From NCBI RefSeq assembly GCF_001194135.2, contig NC_068991.1, positions 73,422,033 through 73,486,032 of the forward strand: a DNA stretch of 64,000 nt, given 5' to 3'. This document shows, one piece after another, positions 1-13,413 of the stretch; the stretch's first letter is position 1, and each line of letters starts with the position of its first letter. The DNA is from Octopus bimaculoides. Its lineage: Eukaryota. Both the position numbers and the translations under genes were made by a program. The notes under the pieces were generated by a model. It was not told the DNA's origin. It saw only the letters and a program-made list of their open reading frames with translations, and ran no database searches.

Positions 1-39
<39 letters not shown>

Positions 40-746
40 TATATAAACATATCAATATGTGTGAACATATATCAATGTGTATATATACTATATATAAGCA
101 CATATGTATACACATACACAGGAGCGTGTTTGTGTTTCTATTGGATCTTCATCCAAGTTCATGAAATATAAAACTTAATTTTCGTTTTTCCCTGTGTTTT
201 GCCTTCAGTTACTGCAAATGAAAACTGAAAAGTAATTAAAATTTTAAACAAATGTGAAAATACATACACTGTTCATAGCATGGTAGCTAAGCGGTAAATT
301 GTTGAACTATAGATATCTGAGTCTTTATTGATTTATTATATGTGTGAGCACCAAACTAATGGGAATACGCTCCATTTATTTATTACTAGTCTACAAATAT
401 AGTCAGACAATTCTTATATTTTGCGATTTTTTCATATGTATACACATACGAATTAGTCATAAGGATTCCGAAGTATTCTAGGTACAGCAACATGTAAGAT
501 GCCATAAATGGCTCGATGCGATAACATGAGGTTCAATAATGAAGGTGTCAAGTGATGGTAAGATACTGCAGAGATGTCAGCGGCAAATACAGTTCGGGTT
601 TGGTATTTATATATTGGATTCGTTATGTTCGATGTATGAAATCTCACACGTATGAAGATGGTGGATTCTATGTTATATCATACGTTATGATGTAATCTAA
701 GAACAGCTCATAAAACAGCTGCTGCAAATCTTAAATGTTATCTGCA

Positions 747-828
747 CGCACAGATATACACGCACAGATATACACGCACAGATATACACGCACAGATATA
801 CACGCACAGATATACACGCACAGATATA
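747..828. repeat. 14-bp minisatellite (CGCACAGATATACA) x ~6, running into (TA)n and a gap
   Basis: Units start at 747, 761, 775, 789, 803 and 817. Confidence 0.95.
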
Positions 829-960
829 TATANNNNNNNNNNNNNNNNNNNNNNNNNNNNNNNNNNNNNNNNNNNNNNNNNNNNNNNNNNNNNNNNNNNN
901 NNNNNNNNNNNNNNNNNNNNNNNNNNNNNNNNNNNNNNNNNNNNNNNNNNNNNNNNNNNN

Positions 961-1000
<40 letters not shown>

Positions 1001-1820
1001 TTGGTCTATCACAATTGTCTGACGAATTTTCGCTTGAAATTCTGAGCAACACTTTGTAAAGTTTTTCGGCTTTAGAAAATAGGTTCTTGCACCCCCTTTT
1101 TTGTATTCGTGTGCTATTTTTTACTCTCGTCCGGATGCTATGTGTATACTTGTGTGTGTGTCTGTTTATACGTGTGTGGTGGGGAGAATGAGTGGGTGGT
1201 GTTTGTATGTACGTATATATTTATGTAAATGTATACATATATATATGTACACACACACGGGATAGTCATAGTCGTGGGGGTAGAATTCTCAGGTATCCAT
1301 ACGGTTCTTGCAGAAGCACCTGTCATGGTTGCCGAGTCGGAGTTTTGTTTCCGACCATCTGTGCTTTGGGTTCTAATTTGATATGGTTGGCTTCGCTTTT
1401 TATTCTATCAGGATAAAAGTTATTTCTAAGTTCAAATCTTGTCATGACCAACTCTGCTCGTAGACTTAACACGGCTTGAAACACTTTGACACAGCTACCC
1501 TGGCACATCGGGTGCCCTCAGCAGAGACAAAATATTTTTGAAGCATTCGGGGTAAGTTCTCAGTTTGAGAATCCCTTCGTCCCTCGGTGCCACTAACCTT
1601 GGAGAAGATCATGAGAATTGCCCTCCCTCCTGAATGTAAAGTCATAAAAGAAAAGTGAAAGTTATTTTCGTCAAGGATTGAGCATTTTTAAAGGCACAGT
1701 TATTTGTTAAGGCTCAAATAATCACTCAATATCGACGAGACTAAATCTTTCTATTTCCTCTGGTTGTTGTTTTCGTTGATCCCGTGGCCCTCACACATCG
1801 TGATGATCTATGAACAGATA

Positions 1821-1930
1821 TCCACCGAGGTCGACTTTGTCTTTCATCCTTTTATTGGCAGATAAATAATAATCGACTAGTCAGTCCCCTCCCGCAAAAT
1901 TTCAGACCTTGTGCCTATAGTAGAAAGGAC
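1821..1930 (+). mobile_element. SINE family C, 3' partial copy
   Basis: CCGAGGTCGACTTTGTCTTTCATCC...TTCAGACCTTGTGCCTATAGTAGAAAGG matches the copies at 17530-17733 and 30976-31866. Confidence 0.75.
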
Positions 1931-2472
1931 CTATGAACAAATATATTCAAACCATGACGGTATGTCATCATGCTCCTTTTAGGATAATATCAATCCATAT
2001 GCCACTGCTTTTTTTTTAAACAGTAAAATCCAATTTTAAGGGAGAACGACGCTGTTATTTCTAGCAGGTCAATATGTTTTGTGATATGACAGAAATTAAG
2101 TAACTACTTCCATTGATCTGAGCAACCGTGCAGAGATATTCCCCATCTTGTTAGTTTAATTTTATTTCAAATCCTATAACAACAGTTTTGTATAGACTGT
2201 ATTGACTTCTTGTTTGTCACTCAATGATAACTTTTCGTATTCTTTTGAGAAACAGCAAGTCGTGACAGGTCGCTATAAAAAACTGATATTGATTTAAAGA
2301 TCAGCGTTATCCCATCGAACAATCAGCTATTTTTCCATTATGTCGCATAGTTTAGGTATTTGAATCTTTTGAAATTTTGAATAAGTTCTTAATTTGAAAT
2401 TTACTAATAGCTTTGATTTCTTCTGCATTTCAGTTAATATTGACCAATTTCATTTGCTAGCATATCGCACCA

Positions 2473-2600
2473 AATGTTTAGCAGCGTTCTTTGCGTTCTT
2501 AGTTCAAATTCCGCCGAGGTAAACTTTGTCTTCCATCCCTTCGACGTCGATAAAATATAGTATCAGCCAAGTCCAGGGTTGCCGATGCAATAGACTTTCC
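2473..2600 (+). mobile_element. SINE family C, degraded partial copy
   Basis: GTTCTTAGTTCAAATTCCGCCGAGGTAAACTTTGTCTTCCATCC: B-box-like motif plus family C body. Confidence 0.7.
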
Positions 2601-3161
2601 ATCTTATCTTAAAATAGCTGGCTTTAATCACTGCAATGGACAGGTGTCTCGTTCAGTGGGAATATTATTATCTCGGTCACTTATACCCCATGGAAATCGA
2701 GTAACCAGCCTTAAGAATCGAAAGGGTAAAGGGAAACAGGAATAAATGCTAAACTTTTTTCTGATAGTAATGCTGGAAATAACAGCTACATCTCCGTCAA
2801 ATTACAATCTGTCGTCTTAAGAAAGAAATCAAACATTGGTTATTGTAGTTGCAGATAAAGTCATGATTTGGAAAGATTTTTCGGAAACCAGCAACTTTCT
2901 CAGCGTCAAATCCTTTCGCAGGTTTCATTAGTGTTCAGTAAATAGGAAATTGGTCTACATCCTGCATAGAATAACACTTCATCAGTAATAACTGATTCAG
3001 TGGAACGTTATCGACTTTTTTCAGCGCATAATGCTTCCCTCCGGTATTTGTATGCCGTCCTAAGCAAACTGGGGTACCTCAACGTGGTCCTTCGACCCCC
3101 TAAATCTTTTCCAAACTGCGTCGTAAAAGAAACACATGATGGAATCGCAATGGATAATGCA

Positions 3162-3552
3162 GTTGTTGTTGTTGGCACTCCGTCGCTTACGACGTCGAGG
3201 GTTCCAGTTGATCCGATCAACGGAACAGCCTGCTCGTAAAATTAACGTGCAAGTGGCTGAGCACTCCGCAGACACGTGTACCCTTAACGTAGCTCTAGGG
3301 GAGATTCAGCGTGACACAGTGTGACAAAGCTGAGTCTTAGAATTACAGGCAAAACAGAAACAGTAAGAAAGAGTGAGAGAAAGTTGTGGTGAAAGAGTAC
3401 AGCAGGGTTCACCACCATCCCCTGCCGGAGCCTCGTGGAGCTTTTAGGTGTTTTCGCTCAATAAACACTCACAACGCGCGGTCTGGGAATCGAAACCACG
3501 ATCCTATGACCGTGAGTCCGCTGCCCTAATCACTGGGCCATTGCACCTCCAC
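3162..3552 (-). mobile_element. Full-length tRNA-derived SINE, family A, with (CAA)n tail and probable TSD
   Basis: The minus strand has a tRNA-like head with A-box TGGCCCAGTGA and B-box GTTTCGATTCC. The body matches 13465-13765 and 53201-53506, and the tail is (AAC)n. Flanks are GATAATGCA (3153-3161) and GATAATGTA (3554-3562). Confidence 0.9.
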
Positions 3553-3719
3553 AGATAATGTAGTGTACTACCTGCAAATACAGAAAGATGGGAAGGTGAT
3601 GTTTGGAATATAATAAATCGTACGTCTGCTCGATCATCATTAACTTCGTTTTATACAAGAACAACACAGTTACAATTGATAAATAAGTGGTTTCGAAACA
3701 GACAACTGCAGTTTTTGAG

Positions 3720-4370
3720 ACCTGGTTGAACTAAACTAATTACTGAATGGAGAGAGTGTCAGGCTCATATGAGCCTACATATACTAAACTTGTTCAACGG
3801 AGTAAATCTTTTCTCAGTTGGTTTAACGAAGTCTTTTCTGGAAGCTGAGTGTTTCTAATTTAGGTTTCTTGAACTAAGTCAATTAAAGGCTGTTTGAACT
3901 GAATCTGTTTATATTATGAGCAGAGTCTCTGTAACCTAGGATGTAAGATGGATAAACCAAGTGTCTTCAGTCTCGACTGATTTAAATAAATCTAGTTTAT
4001 AGGTCGTTGAATTGAATCGATCTATTCTCGACTGTTTGAACTGAGTCTGTCGGCTTTAGACTGGCTGGACCGAGTTTATTTTATTTTAGGCTGTTTGAAC
4101 TGAGTCCACGTAGTCTTGATTGTTTAACCTAAGTCCATCTATTCTTCGTTCGTTGAACTGAGTAAATTTATTCAAGCTTGACAGATTTGAGTGTATCTAA
4201 TTTAGGCTGGTTGGACAGACTCTTATTGACCTGCATAAGCCTATTCTAAAATGCCTGATCTAATCAAATATTTTCTATGGTAGTTGAGTCTATTTATTTC
4301 GAGCCAACTGAACTGAGTTGATAAATTCTAGGCTGGTTGAATTGACTCTGTCTATCTTTTCAAGCATCCA
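3720..4370. repeat. Highly degenerate ~29-bp tandem repeat (consensus ~TAGGCTGTTTGAACTGAGTCTATCTATTC)
   Basis: Unit starts at 4000, 4028, 4057, 4087, 4116, 4145, 4174 and 4203 (spacing 28-30, mostly 29). The GAACTGAGT core recurs on both sides of these. Confidence 0.8.
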
Positions 4371-5734
4371 CAATGTTTCCTTCTGTATACTTGCAGAATG
4401 ATACACACTTATCCTGACTTACAAACGAAAGAATCCCTATGTAGCTGGTTACACAAATTGCTAGAAAAAAACGACAAAACATCTTTAACTCATGTCATAA
4501 AAATAAGAACGAGTACGTTAGGTAACTTTATTCTAAATATCCCACAAATTGAGGTGATAGGCATGATTGGAATGCCCTTGGCGATATATTTACTTCGCCA
4601 GAGCTGACAATAACAACTTCGTAAAACAGGTTCCACTTTTTATGTATTTTATATTGTAAGGAGTGTGTAGTTATGATGAATCTGTGAGTGTGTTGTGTGC
4701 GTGGGTGGGGTAGTGTGTTTCTGGTAAGCGTGTGTGTGTGGTATGTATTTGTATGTAGGTGTCCAGGAAAATAAATCCGTAAAAGAACGAAGCTAAGCAG
4801 CTAAAACTCGAAATAATGACTGCTATGGATCTAACGTACGCCTACACGACAGAATCTGGTGAGAAAGCGGGTGGAATGCAGTGGTTTTCTTGCCAAGCGC
4901 TAACGATTTTTACTTATTTATTTTTAAAGAGCAACAGCACTGACTTAATCTTTCTTGTTTAATCTGTCGTAATCATGGAGAATTTTTAAAAAATGCTAAA
5001 GCCGATTTCTACAAGATTTTAACTAATCATGGCAATTTCAAAGGAAATAATATATATGTTGTCTATGTAATATCTGAATGAAATCAATGCTTTATGTCAG
5101 GCCAAATAAATATAAGAAGAAGGGGTTTAATATGAAAGGGTGTTTTACTATAACGAGTACCAGAGAACAGAAGCGGGTTTCTAGTATTAGCAATTCCTGT
5201 TAAAAGGGGTAGATGCAGGGGTGTTATGCATGACCGTTTTACTTTGGAAATAACGGTCAAGTTTGAATGCAGACTGGTAGAATGTGTTTTATCCAAGAAA
5301 ACGATACCGATGATGGTCGGATATTAAATCGACATAAACGCAATGTAAAATATTTTATGAATTATGAAATAAAAGTTTTAAGATTTTTAAAAAAATCAAT
5401 AAAATGCAAATGCGGCAGAAAAGTGTGAAAACACATGTAAGGATGAGAAATCGATAGTCCTATACTTATATTTCAATGAGCTAAAGATATCATCTCGATA
5501 ACACGCTCTACCTTTTTTTTCTTGACAAAGGCGTTTTATTAGGAAATATTAAAATATTAAGGTAAAGTAAAATATAGACTATAATTCTGTATTTCTTCTT
5601 TTTCACCGTTTATCTCAAATCTTGTTTTGTGTTTTATACAATTTTCACCTAAAAAAAGGATTTGGAAATGTTTCATAAGTAAAGATGAAGTTGATAATCT
5701 AGAAATTAATAATATTATTAAAGGTCTTAGAATT

Positions 5735-5933
5735 TTAGCATAGGGTCAACAGTTTTTGAGGAGAGAGGGAAGACGATTATATTGACCATAGAACTTGAGC
5801 GGTACTTATTTTATCGAACCAGAAAGGAGGAAATGGAAAGTCGACCGTGGGGCACTTTCAGCTCAGAATGTTAATACGGGTGAAATGTGGCTAAGCATTT
5901 CGTACGGCGTGTAAACGATTCTGCCAACTCGCT
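5735..5933 (-). mobile_element. SINE family C, near full length, diverged
   Basis: Reverse complement begins AGCGAGTTGGCAGAATCGTTTACACGCCGTACGAAATGCTTAGCC, as in other C copies. Confidence 0.75.
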
Positions 5934-5945
5934 ACATTAATGTCC

Positions 5946-6078
5946 CTTTCTACTTTAGGCACAAGGCTCGAAATTTTGGGGGAGGGGGCTAGTCGATTAC
6001 ATCGACAAAAATGCTTAACTTGAAAACCGACCTTGAAAAGATGAACGACAAAATCGACGTCGGCGAAATTTGAACTCC
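5946..6078 (-). mobile_element. SINE family C, 3' partial copy
   Basis: CTTTCTACTTTAGGCACAAGGCTCGAAATTTTGGGGGAGGGGGCTAGTCGATTAC...CGGCGAAATTTGAACTC. Confidence 0.75.
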
Positions 6079-7864
6079 GATTTCAAAGACGTACAATGTT
6101 TTGCAAACACCTTGCACATGCAAGTGCTACCAGTCAGAAACTCCGCATACAGGAAGCCAGCAAGTTTATGGGGTCATCAGGAGAGAATGCGCGCCGTTTC
6201 GGGGCCTACTTCTCGACGGCATCGCTGCGCACCTCACTGATATGAGGCCCCCGCTTGCTAGATCAACTGGTTATCAAATAAAACTTAATAAATATTCTTC
6301 TAGCCATCGCTCTTCGTCTATTTTTAACCAAATCCAGTGGCTAGCCTTTTCCACTGTAGTTTATGATAGTATTTAATTTACAATGAGTTAGGCCTAACGA
6401 TATCAGGCATTTTGTCCAGCGTGGTAATGATTCTGCCAGATCTCCACCCTAATAATATTATAAACAATAACTCATTTCAAGGATTTATACATTTCGCTAC
6501 ACATCTCACAATTAGAAATTTGGTTATTATGATAAAATGGTCGATCAGATATATTTACTGTACTAATAACCGATTGATAGAGAATGTAGCCGATGCAGTG
6601 AAGATATTTTATTGAGTATGAAGACGGATTTTTATACACGTATTGCACTTGATTGCTAGCAACCAAGAATAGATATCAGAACGTTCTTGAAAAGTTACCT
6701 GCGATATAATACCCTCGTACGACGAAGAAATTTATCACACCTCTGCTTAACGGTAGAGAATCTACACATAAAAATCGATCTGTTCCTTTCTTAAAGTTGC
6801 GAAAATTATTAACTATGTAAAGTAAAAAGTATACATCTTTTCCTAGATTTATTACGAGCATCTTAAGAATAAGCTCATGGTATAAGCATTTATCTATGTG
6901 CATGCTATGACACGTGTGTGTGTTTGTGTGTGTGTGTGTGGGGGGTGTTCGCTTATACTTCGGTTATAAAAAAAATACAAGATAGAATGTGCATCAATGT
7001 CGTCTGATTATTATTTTTTTACGCTAATAATTACGTCATTTCTCAATAGAAATCATTGATTTAATACCTGAATAAATATATACATTACTCTGATTTTTTG
7101 CGACTAATGATGAATTATTGGCTGTCAATAGTTCAACTTCATTAAATCCTCTTCAGTACTAGCTATACAAATTATATATATTCTAGCTATAATTTCATAT
7201 CACGCTTTCTCTTTTTACTTACTCTTTTCTCCTTACTTTATCGTATTCCCATTTTCAATCTCTCCCTCCCTCACTCTTGCTTGCCTAGTTATTTCTTCAT
7301 ATACATACATAATATATATATATATATANNNNNNNNNNNNNNNNNNNNNNNNNNNNNNNNNNNNNNNNNNNNNNNNNNNNNNNNNNNNNNNNNNNNNNNN
7401 NNNNNNNNNNNNNNNNNNNNNNNNNNNNNNNNNNNNNNNNNNNNNNNNNNNNNNNNNNNNNNNNNNNNNNNNNNNNNNNNNNNNNNNNNNNNNNNNNNNN
7501 NNNNNNNNNNNNNNNNNNNNNNNNNNNNNNNNNNNNNNNNNNNNNNNNNNNNNNNNNNNNNNNNNNNNNNNNNNNNNNNNNNNNNNNNNNNNNNNNNNNN
7601 NNNNNNNNNNNNNNNNNNNNNNNNNNNNNNNNNNNNNNNNNNNNNNNNNNNNNNNNNNNNNNNNNNNNNNNNNNNNNNNNNNNNNNNNNNNNNNNNNNNN
7701 NNNNNNNNNNNNNNNNNNNNNNNNNNNNNNNNNNNNNNNNNNNNNNNNNNNNNNNNNNNNNNNNNNNNNNNNNNNNNNNNNNNNNNNNNNNNNNNNNNNN
7801 NNNNNNNNNNNNNNNNNNNNNNNNNNNNNNNNNNNNNNNNNNNNNNNNNNNNNNNNNNNNNNNN

Positions 7865-7896
<32 letters not shown>

Positions 7897-10361
7897 CATA
7901 TATACACATACACATAGATATATATATATATATACATATATACATATATAAATATGTATATATATACAATATGTATATATTATATACACACATATATAGA
8001 AATGTGTTTCCTCCTACTTTTTTCTTTTCCTTCTGTCTCGAGCTGCTCTCCTAATTTCGGTTCTGCACAATCTCGCTTATTTAATCAGCATCCCCGCGGC
8101 TCAGATGTCATTTGCGAAATTCATTAAGAACTTTTGTACATTCTAGCTAGAAGACTTACTGAATGAAAGCGTATGAGCACAACCGATCAATTTGCGACTT
8201 TTTAGTACTCTTTTTAGAGCTAATACAGTAAATTGAAGAGTTGGTGACTCATAGAAAACGAAACGAATACTTATAAGTAAAATGAATCATCAAATTGTTT
8301 TTATAACAGCCTATTATACGACGAAAAAATAACAAGTTCATTGACAGTTGTTTCTGCTTCGAACTGAACCTTCTACGAGCTGATTCTCTATCAGTTTCTG
8401 GTACATTCCACATCTGTCACTAATGTGGTTGCAGGATATATAAGCTATTCACCTTCATGTAAGTCACCAGTGTACGTGCTGAATTCATAAACTGCGCCCC
8501 CATCTCATTGTTATTTATCCGTCTCTCCCTTAGAGATCTGCATCACAAAGAACAGTTAATATTTATTGCGATCCTGTATCTAAGGTTCTGTCTCGGAGAA
8601 ACAATAACATCTTGTTTTGTGTTTTATACAATTTTCATTTTAAAAGTATTTGGTTCAAATATTGTGAGTTTAAAATATTGCCAAGGTCAACAATTTTTCT
8701 TGTATCCTTTCGGGGTTAATGTATTAAGTTTCAGCTGAGAACTGGAATCGATATAATCTATAAGCTCCTTTCCCCTAAATTTCAGACCTTGTGCCTCCAG
8801 CAGAAAGGACCATTTGATAAGAGAACAGAACTAAGGACATTGATAAAGGAAAACATTTACTTCTATAATGTAATATATTTTCTTATACAGATACAAGCTC
8901 TGAAATAAAAAGAAAATGGGAAAATATAAGTCACTTACATCAACTTAAACACTAGGATAGAACTTGATTTCTAACGACCCTATAATACTGAAAAGCACAA
9001 CCTTTACGTCGGCCGGATTTGAACTGTGAGTGCGTAGAACAAATGATGAATGCCTTTTTTTTTTCGACACTTTAGCAAGACAGTTAATCCATCACCTTTC
9101 GTTATAGCGAAATATTAAACAGACACACAATTTATCTAAAACATTAACCAGCAATTTTAAACATCTCCGTCAGCAAATATACTTCACCTCTGACCCATCA
9201 GAGACAGTTTCAGCCATCGACTGAAATTGTTCTACACACAACTACAACTCATAAACCTAAACCTGACAAACGATCTATTCAGAGCTGCTGCTCTTTACGT
9301 AAAGCAAATGGCCTGCATTCACTATTGGCACATCTACCAACACCACTTCATTCTTCATTGCTTACCTTGAACTCTACAACACTTGTCACTCCTGCCTACT
9401 CTTATTTGTGGCACACAGACCATTACTTACGCTCATCATAATCAACAGCCACCATTACCTACATTTACCACTGACAACACTACCTGCCCTCATCTTCACT
9501 TTAACACATAACTATCTACACTCACAACAGCTACCACTACCTGCACTCACCACTATTTACACCTCCTATTACGTACACATGTCACGGCCAAGGCTGCCTC
9601 CGCTTGTCATTGCCTATACCCGCCATTACCCAAACTACGTTCACCATTGCCTACACACGTCATGACTTTATTCACAACCAGAATCTTTCATTGCCGACAC
9701 TACATAAATACACTTATCGCCTCCTACACTTACCACTAACTACACTTATCAGTGCCATCACTACCTACACTTATCACTGGCTACCACTACCACAAGCTAC
9801 ACTTATCATTGGCATTCAATATTATTTACACTAAAATCTACGTACACTTACAACTCTCCCCGTTGCGTACACTCGTTAATAACTCACACCTTTGCCCATA
9901 CTCAACACTGCCACCACGGTTCGGATGGTATTTATCTACCCACGTAACAAATGAAATTTGTTAACCATGTAAATGATACAAATACGATATCCCAAAATAC
10001 GAATGATATCTCTGTGCATCTCATACATCAAACAAGCTCTTCCACTTTCCAAGCTACAAATAAATAAATTTGGTTCCTCGTTACGAAAAGGAATTCCAGC
10101 AACTTTGCAGATTCCGCTTGCCATTTACTTATTAAACACAATGGATCTTTAGAAGCTTCTCTCACAGACAAAAGCTCAAAATTTATTTTTCACCTTGTAC
10201 GTACATCTACATTGGACAAGCGAAGTAAAACGTTCCTGGAGCTAACTATATCCCCACCAACAGGCTCATAATAAAGTACACACTTAAAAAGTACCAATTA
10301 TATTTCGACAAAAGCAGTCAAGTAATGAACACACAAATACGTATACATAAATACATACAAG

Positions 10362-10392
<31 letters not shown>

Positions 10393-10476
10393 CATTATAA
10401 ATATACAGGGATTAGCAATTGAGTTGCTTCTCCAACATACTGAAAATTTAGAAATAGCAGTCAAAGAACTACTTCT

Positions 10477-10527
<51 letters not shown>

Positions 10528-11398
10528 GTAAATGAATATATATATATTTATAATTGCATATTTACATAAATATATTCATATATATATATATATACATAAT
10601 ATATATATATATACATAAATAATATATATATATATTATATACACACATACATTACTCAAACGCATACTTATCGTGAATATTAATCGGAAATGTTCAAAAT
10701 GTCTTCAGTCATAAATTACAGCCTTCTGAGATTAAAATTATATGAAACTTAGCAAATGTTGTCGTAATATAATGACATGATGCAACTTTAGAAACGTTTC
10801 CAGGGAATATAATATCAATGCTTGCTTATGGAAGTGTTTAAACGGGAAATTTTCAAACAGAGACAAATTTGCATAAGCTCCGAATAAATATAATACAGTT
10901 TGCTCTTTTCGTTTGGTATATTGAAGTGTCGTTTTTGTTGTTTATCCTTTGAGACCAATCTTGATGTTAAAACAGCTGGCTGGTTGCTTCTGTAGGGAAT
11001 ATTCTTTACTGTTATCCGGTATAGGGATATATAATTAAGCCGTTGATTGGCAACCATTGTAATATGATAGGTAGCTCGTTTAGGCAAAACACGCTGGTCA
11101 CTCCTGGTTTTTAAAAGAATAATTACCGCAAAGATTGATCGAAGCACGATAATGGACGAACTATTTGCATAAGCTCAAAGTAGCTTGCAACCATACCGTG
11201 AATAATGCCTATTGTAGATTCTTCCCTTTTACGGAATGACAAACATTCTCAACTTTTCCAATAAGCAGTTGAAGTATTTAGACAAAAAACATTCATAAAA
11301 CTGCTTGCTGTGAATAAGGCGAATATGTACTACACTTAGCAAAGATTTGAAAATATTGAATGGAAAAATGATTTGCACCCGCACCCCACCCTCGCCCG

Positions 11399-11438
<40 letters not shown>

Positions 11439-11651
11439 CACGCAAACACACATACATATCTACAATTTTAGTTAGGTGTCTGGGTATGCATATATCTCTA
11501 AATATATGTGTNNNNNNNNNNNNNNNNNNNNNNNNNNNNNNNNNNNNNNNNNNNNNNNNNNNNNNNNNNNNNNNNNNNNNNNNNNNNNNNNNNNNNNNNN
11601 NNNNNNNNNNNNNNNNNNNNNNNNNNNNNNNNNNNNNNNNNNNNNNNNNNN

Positions 11652-11688
<37 letters not shown>

Positions 11689-12733
11689 TAGATAGATAGA
11701 TAGATAGATAGTTCCATTTATGCACATATATCCATATATCCACACACATAAGCTCATACATAAATACATGTACACATACACATACATACATGTGCGTACG
11801 TACATAAGTATGTACGTACGTGTGAACGTATGTGTGTGTGTGTGTGTGTGTGTACGTATATGTTTGTATCTATATATGTATAATTGAGACCAACAAATAA
11901 AAACAACATATACACTGCCAAAGGGAAAACCTAACAGAGTAAATATGTTGGCAAAGACGTTTGACAATGAAAATAAAATCGCCATCTTTGTTGCATTGTT
12001 GTTGCTGTTACATTTAAGCGCCAAAATGGCAGTATTAATTGTAAATTGCAGAACTAATAAAATTATGCAAATCTAATTTGGAATGAAAAATAAATGAGAA
12101 ATAAAAAAAAGAGAAAACAAAAAGAAAACAGTTTTTGTACGTATAATGATCGTGATCTAAATCTATTTCATATGCAGATGTAGTCAGAAACAGCTAATCA
12201 AGCAGAACATAGACGAGAACGTCTATAGACCTTTTTAATTAATCTGCTCACGTAAACAAATGACAGACTCATTAACATTTTAGCTTTAATACTTAAACCT
12301 ATAAATGTGTTTCTTTGTGTGTGTTCTGACACCATATTGATATTAGCTCTTGTCTGGTAACTTTTCACTCAGTAGTTTAAACAGTTGAATAAATTGCTTA
12401 AAGAATGTTCGACCTTACAAACACACACACGCACACACACACACACACACACACATAAACCACACACACACATAAAGTACACACACACATATAAAGCACA
12501 CACACACACATAAAGCACACACACTCTCACACACACGCACACTCACACATACTCACACGCGCGCAGATACACACAAATATACACGCACATATACACACAG
12601 GTGTGGATGTGTAGTATAGAACTTCATTTTGTAACCACGTGATATCAAGTCTAATTTCACTCTACAACAACTTGGAGAAGTGCCATGTCTTTCACTGTAG
12701 TCCATGGCTTATAATGCCTTGTAAAAATACATC

Positions 12734-12773
<40 letters not shown>

Positions 12774-13413
12774 GATGGGGGTTTATANNNNNNNNNNNNN
12801 NNNNNNNNNNNNNNNNNNNNNNNNNNNNNNNNNNNNNNNNNNNNNNNNNNNNNNNNNNNNNNNNNNNNNNNNNNNNNNNNNNNNNNNNNNNNNNNNNNNN
12901 NNNNNNNNNNNNNNNNNNNNNNNNNNNNNNNNNNNNNNNNNNNNNNNNNNNNNNNNNNNNNNNNNNNNNNNNNNNNNNNNNNNNNNNNNNNNNNNNNNNN
13001 NNNNNNNNNNNNNNNNNNNNNNNNNNNNNNNNNNNNNNNNNNNNNNNNNNNNNNNNNNNNNNNNNNNNNNNNNNNNNNNNNNNNNNNNNNNNNNNNNNNN
13101 NNNNNNNNNNNNNNNNNNNNNNNNNNNNNNNNNNNNNNNNNNNNNNNNNNNNNNNNNNNNNNNNNNNNNNNNNNNNNNNNNNNNNNNNNNNNNNNNNNNN
13201 NNNNNNNNNNNNNNNNNNNNNNNNNNNNNNNNNNNNNNNNNNNNNNNNNNNNNNNNNNNNNNNNNNNNNNNNNNNNNNNNNNNNNNNNNNNNNNNNNNNN
13301 NNNNNNNNNNNNNNNNNNNNNNNNNNNNNNNNNNNNNNNNNNNNNNNNNNNNNNNNNNNNNNNNNNNNNNNNNNNNNNNNNNNNNNNNNNNNNACTTTCT
13401 AAAGTCATCTCAA

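Noticed and set aside
3480-3552. tRNA-like sequence with A and B boxes
   Set aside because: It is the SINE head, continuous with the SINE body and tail, not a tRNA gene.
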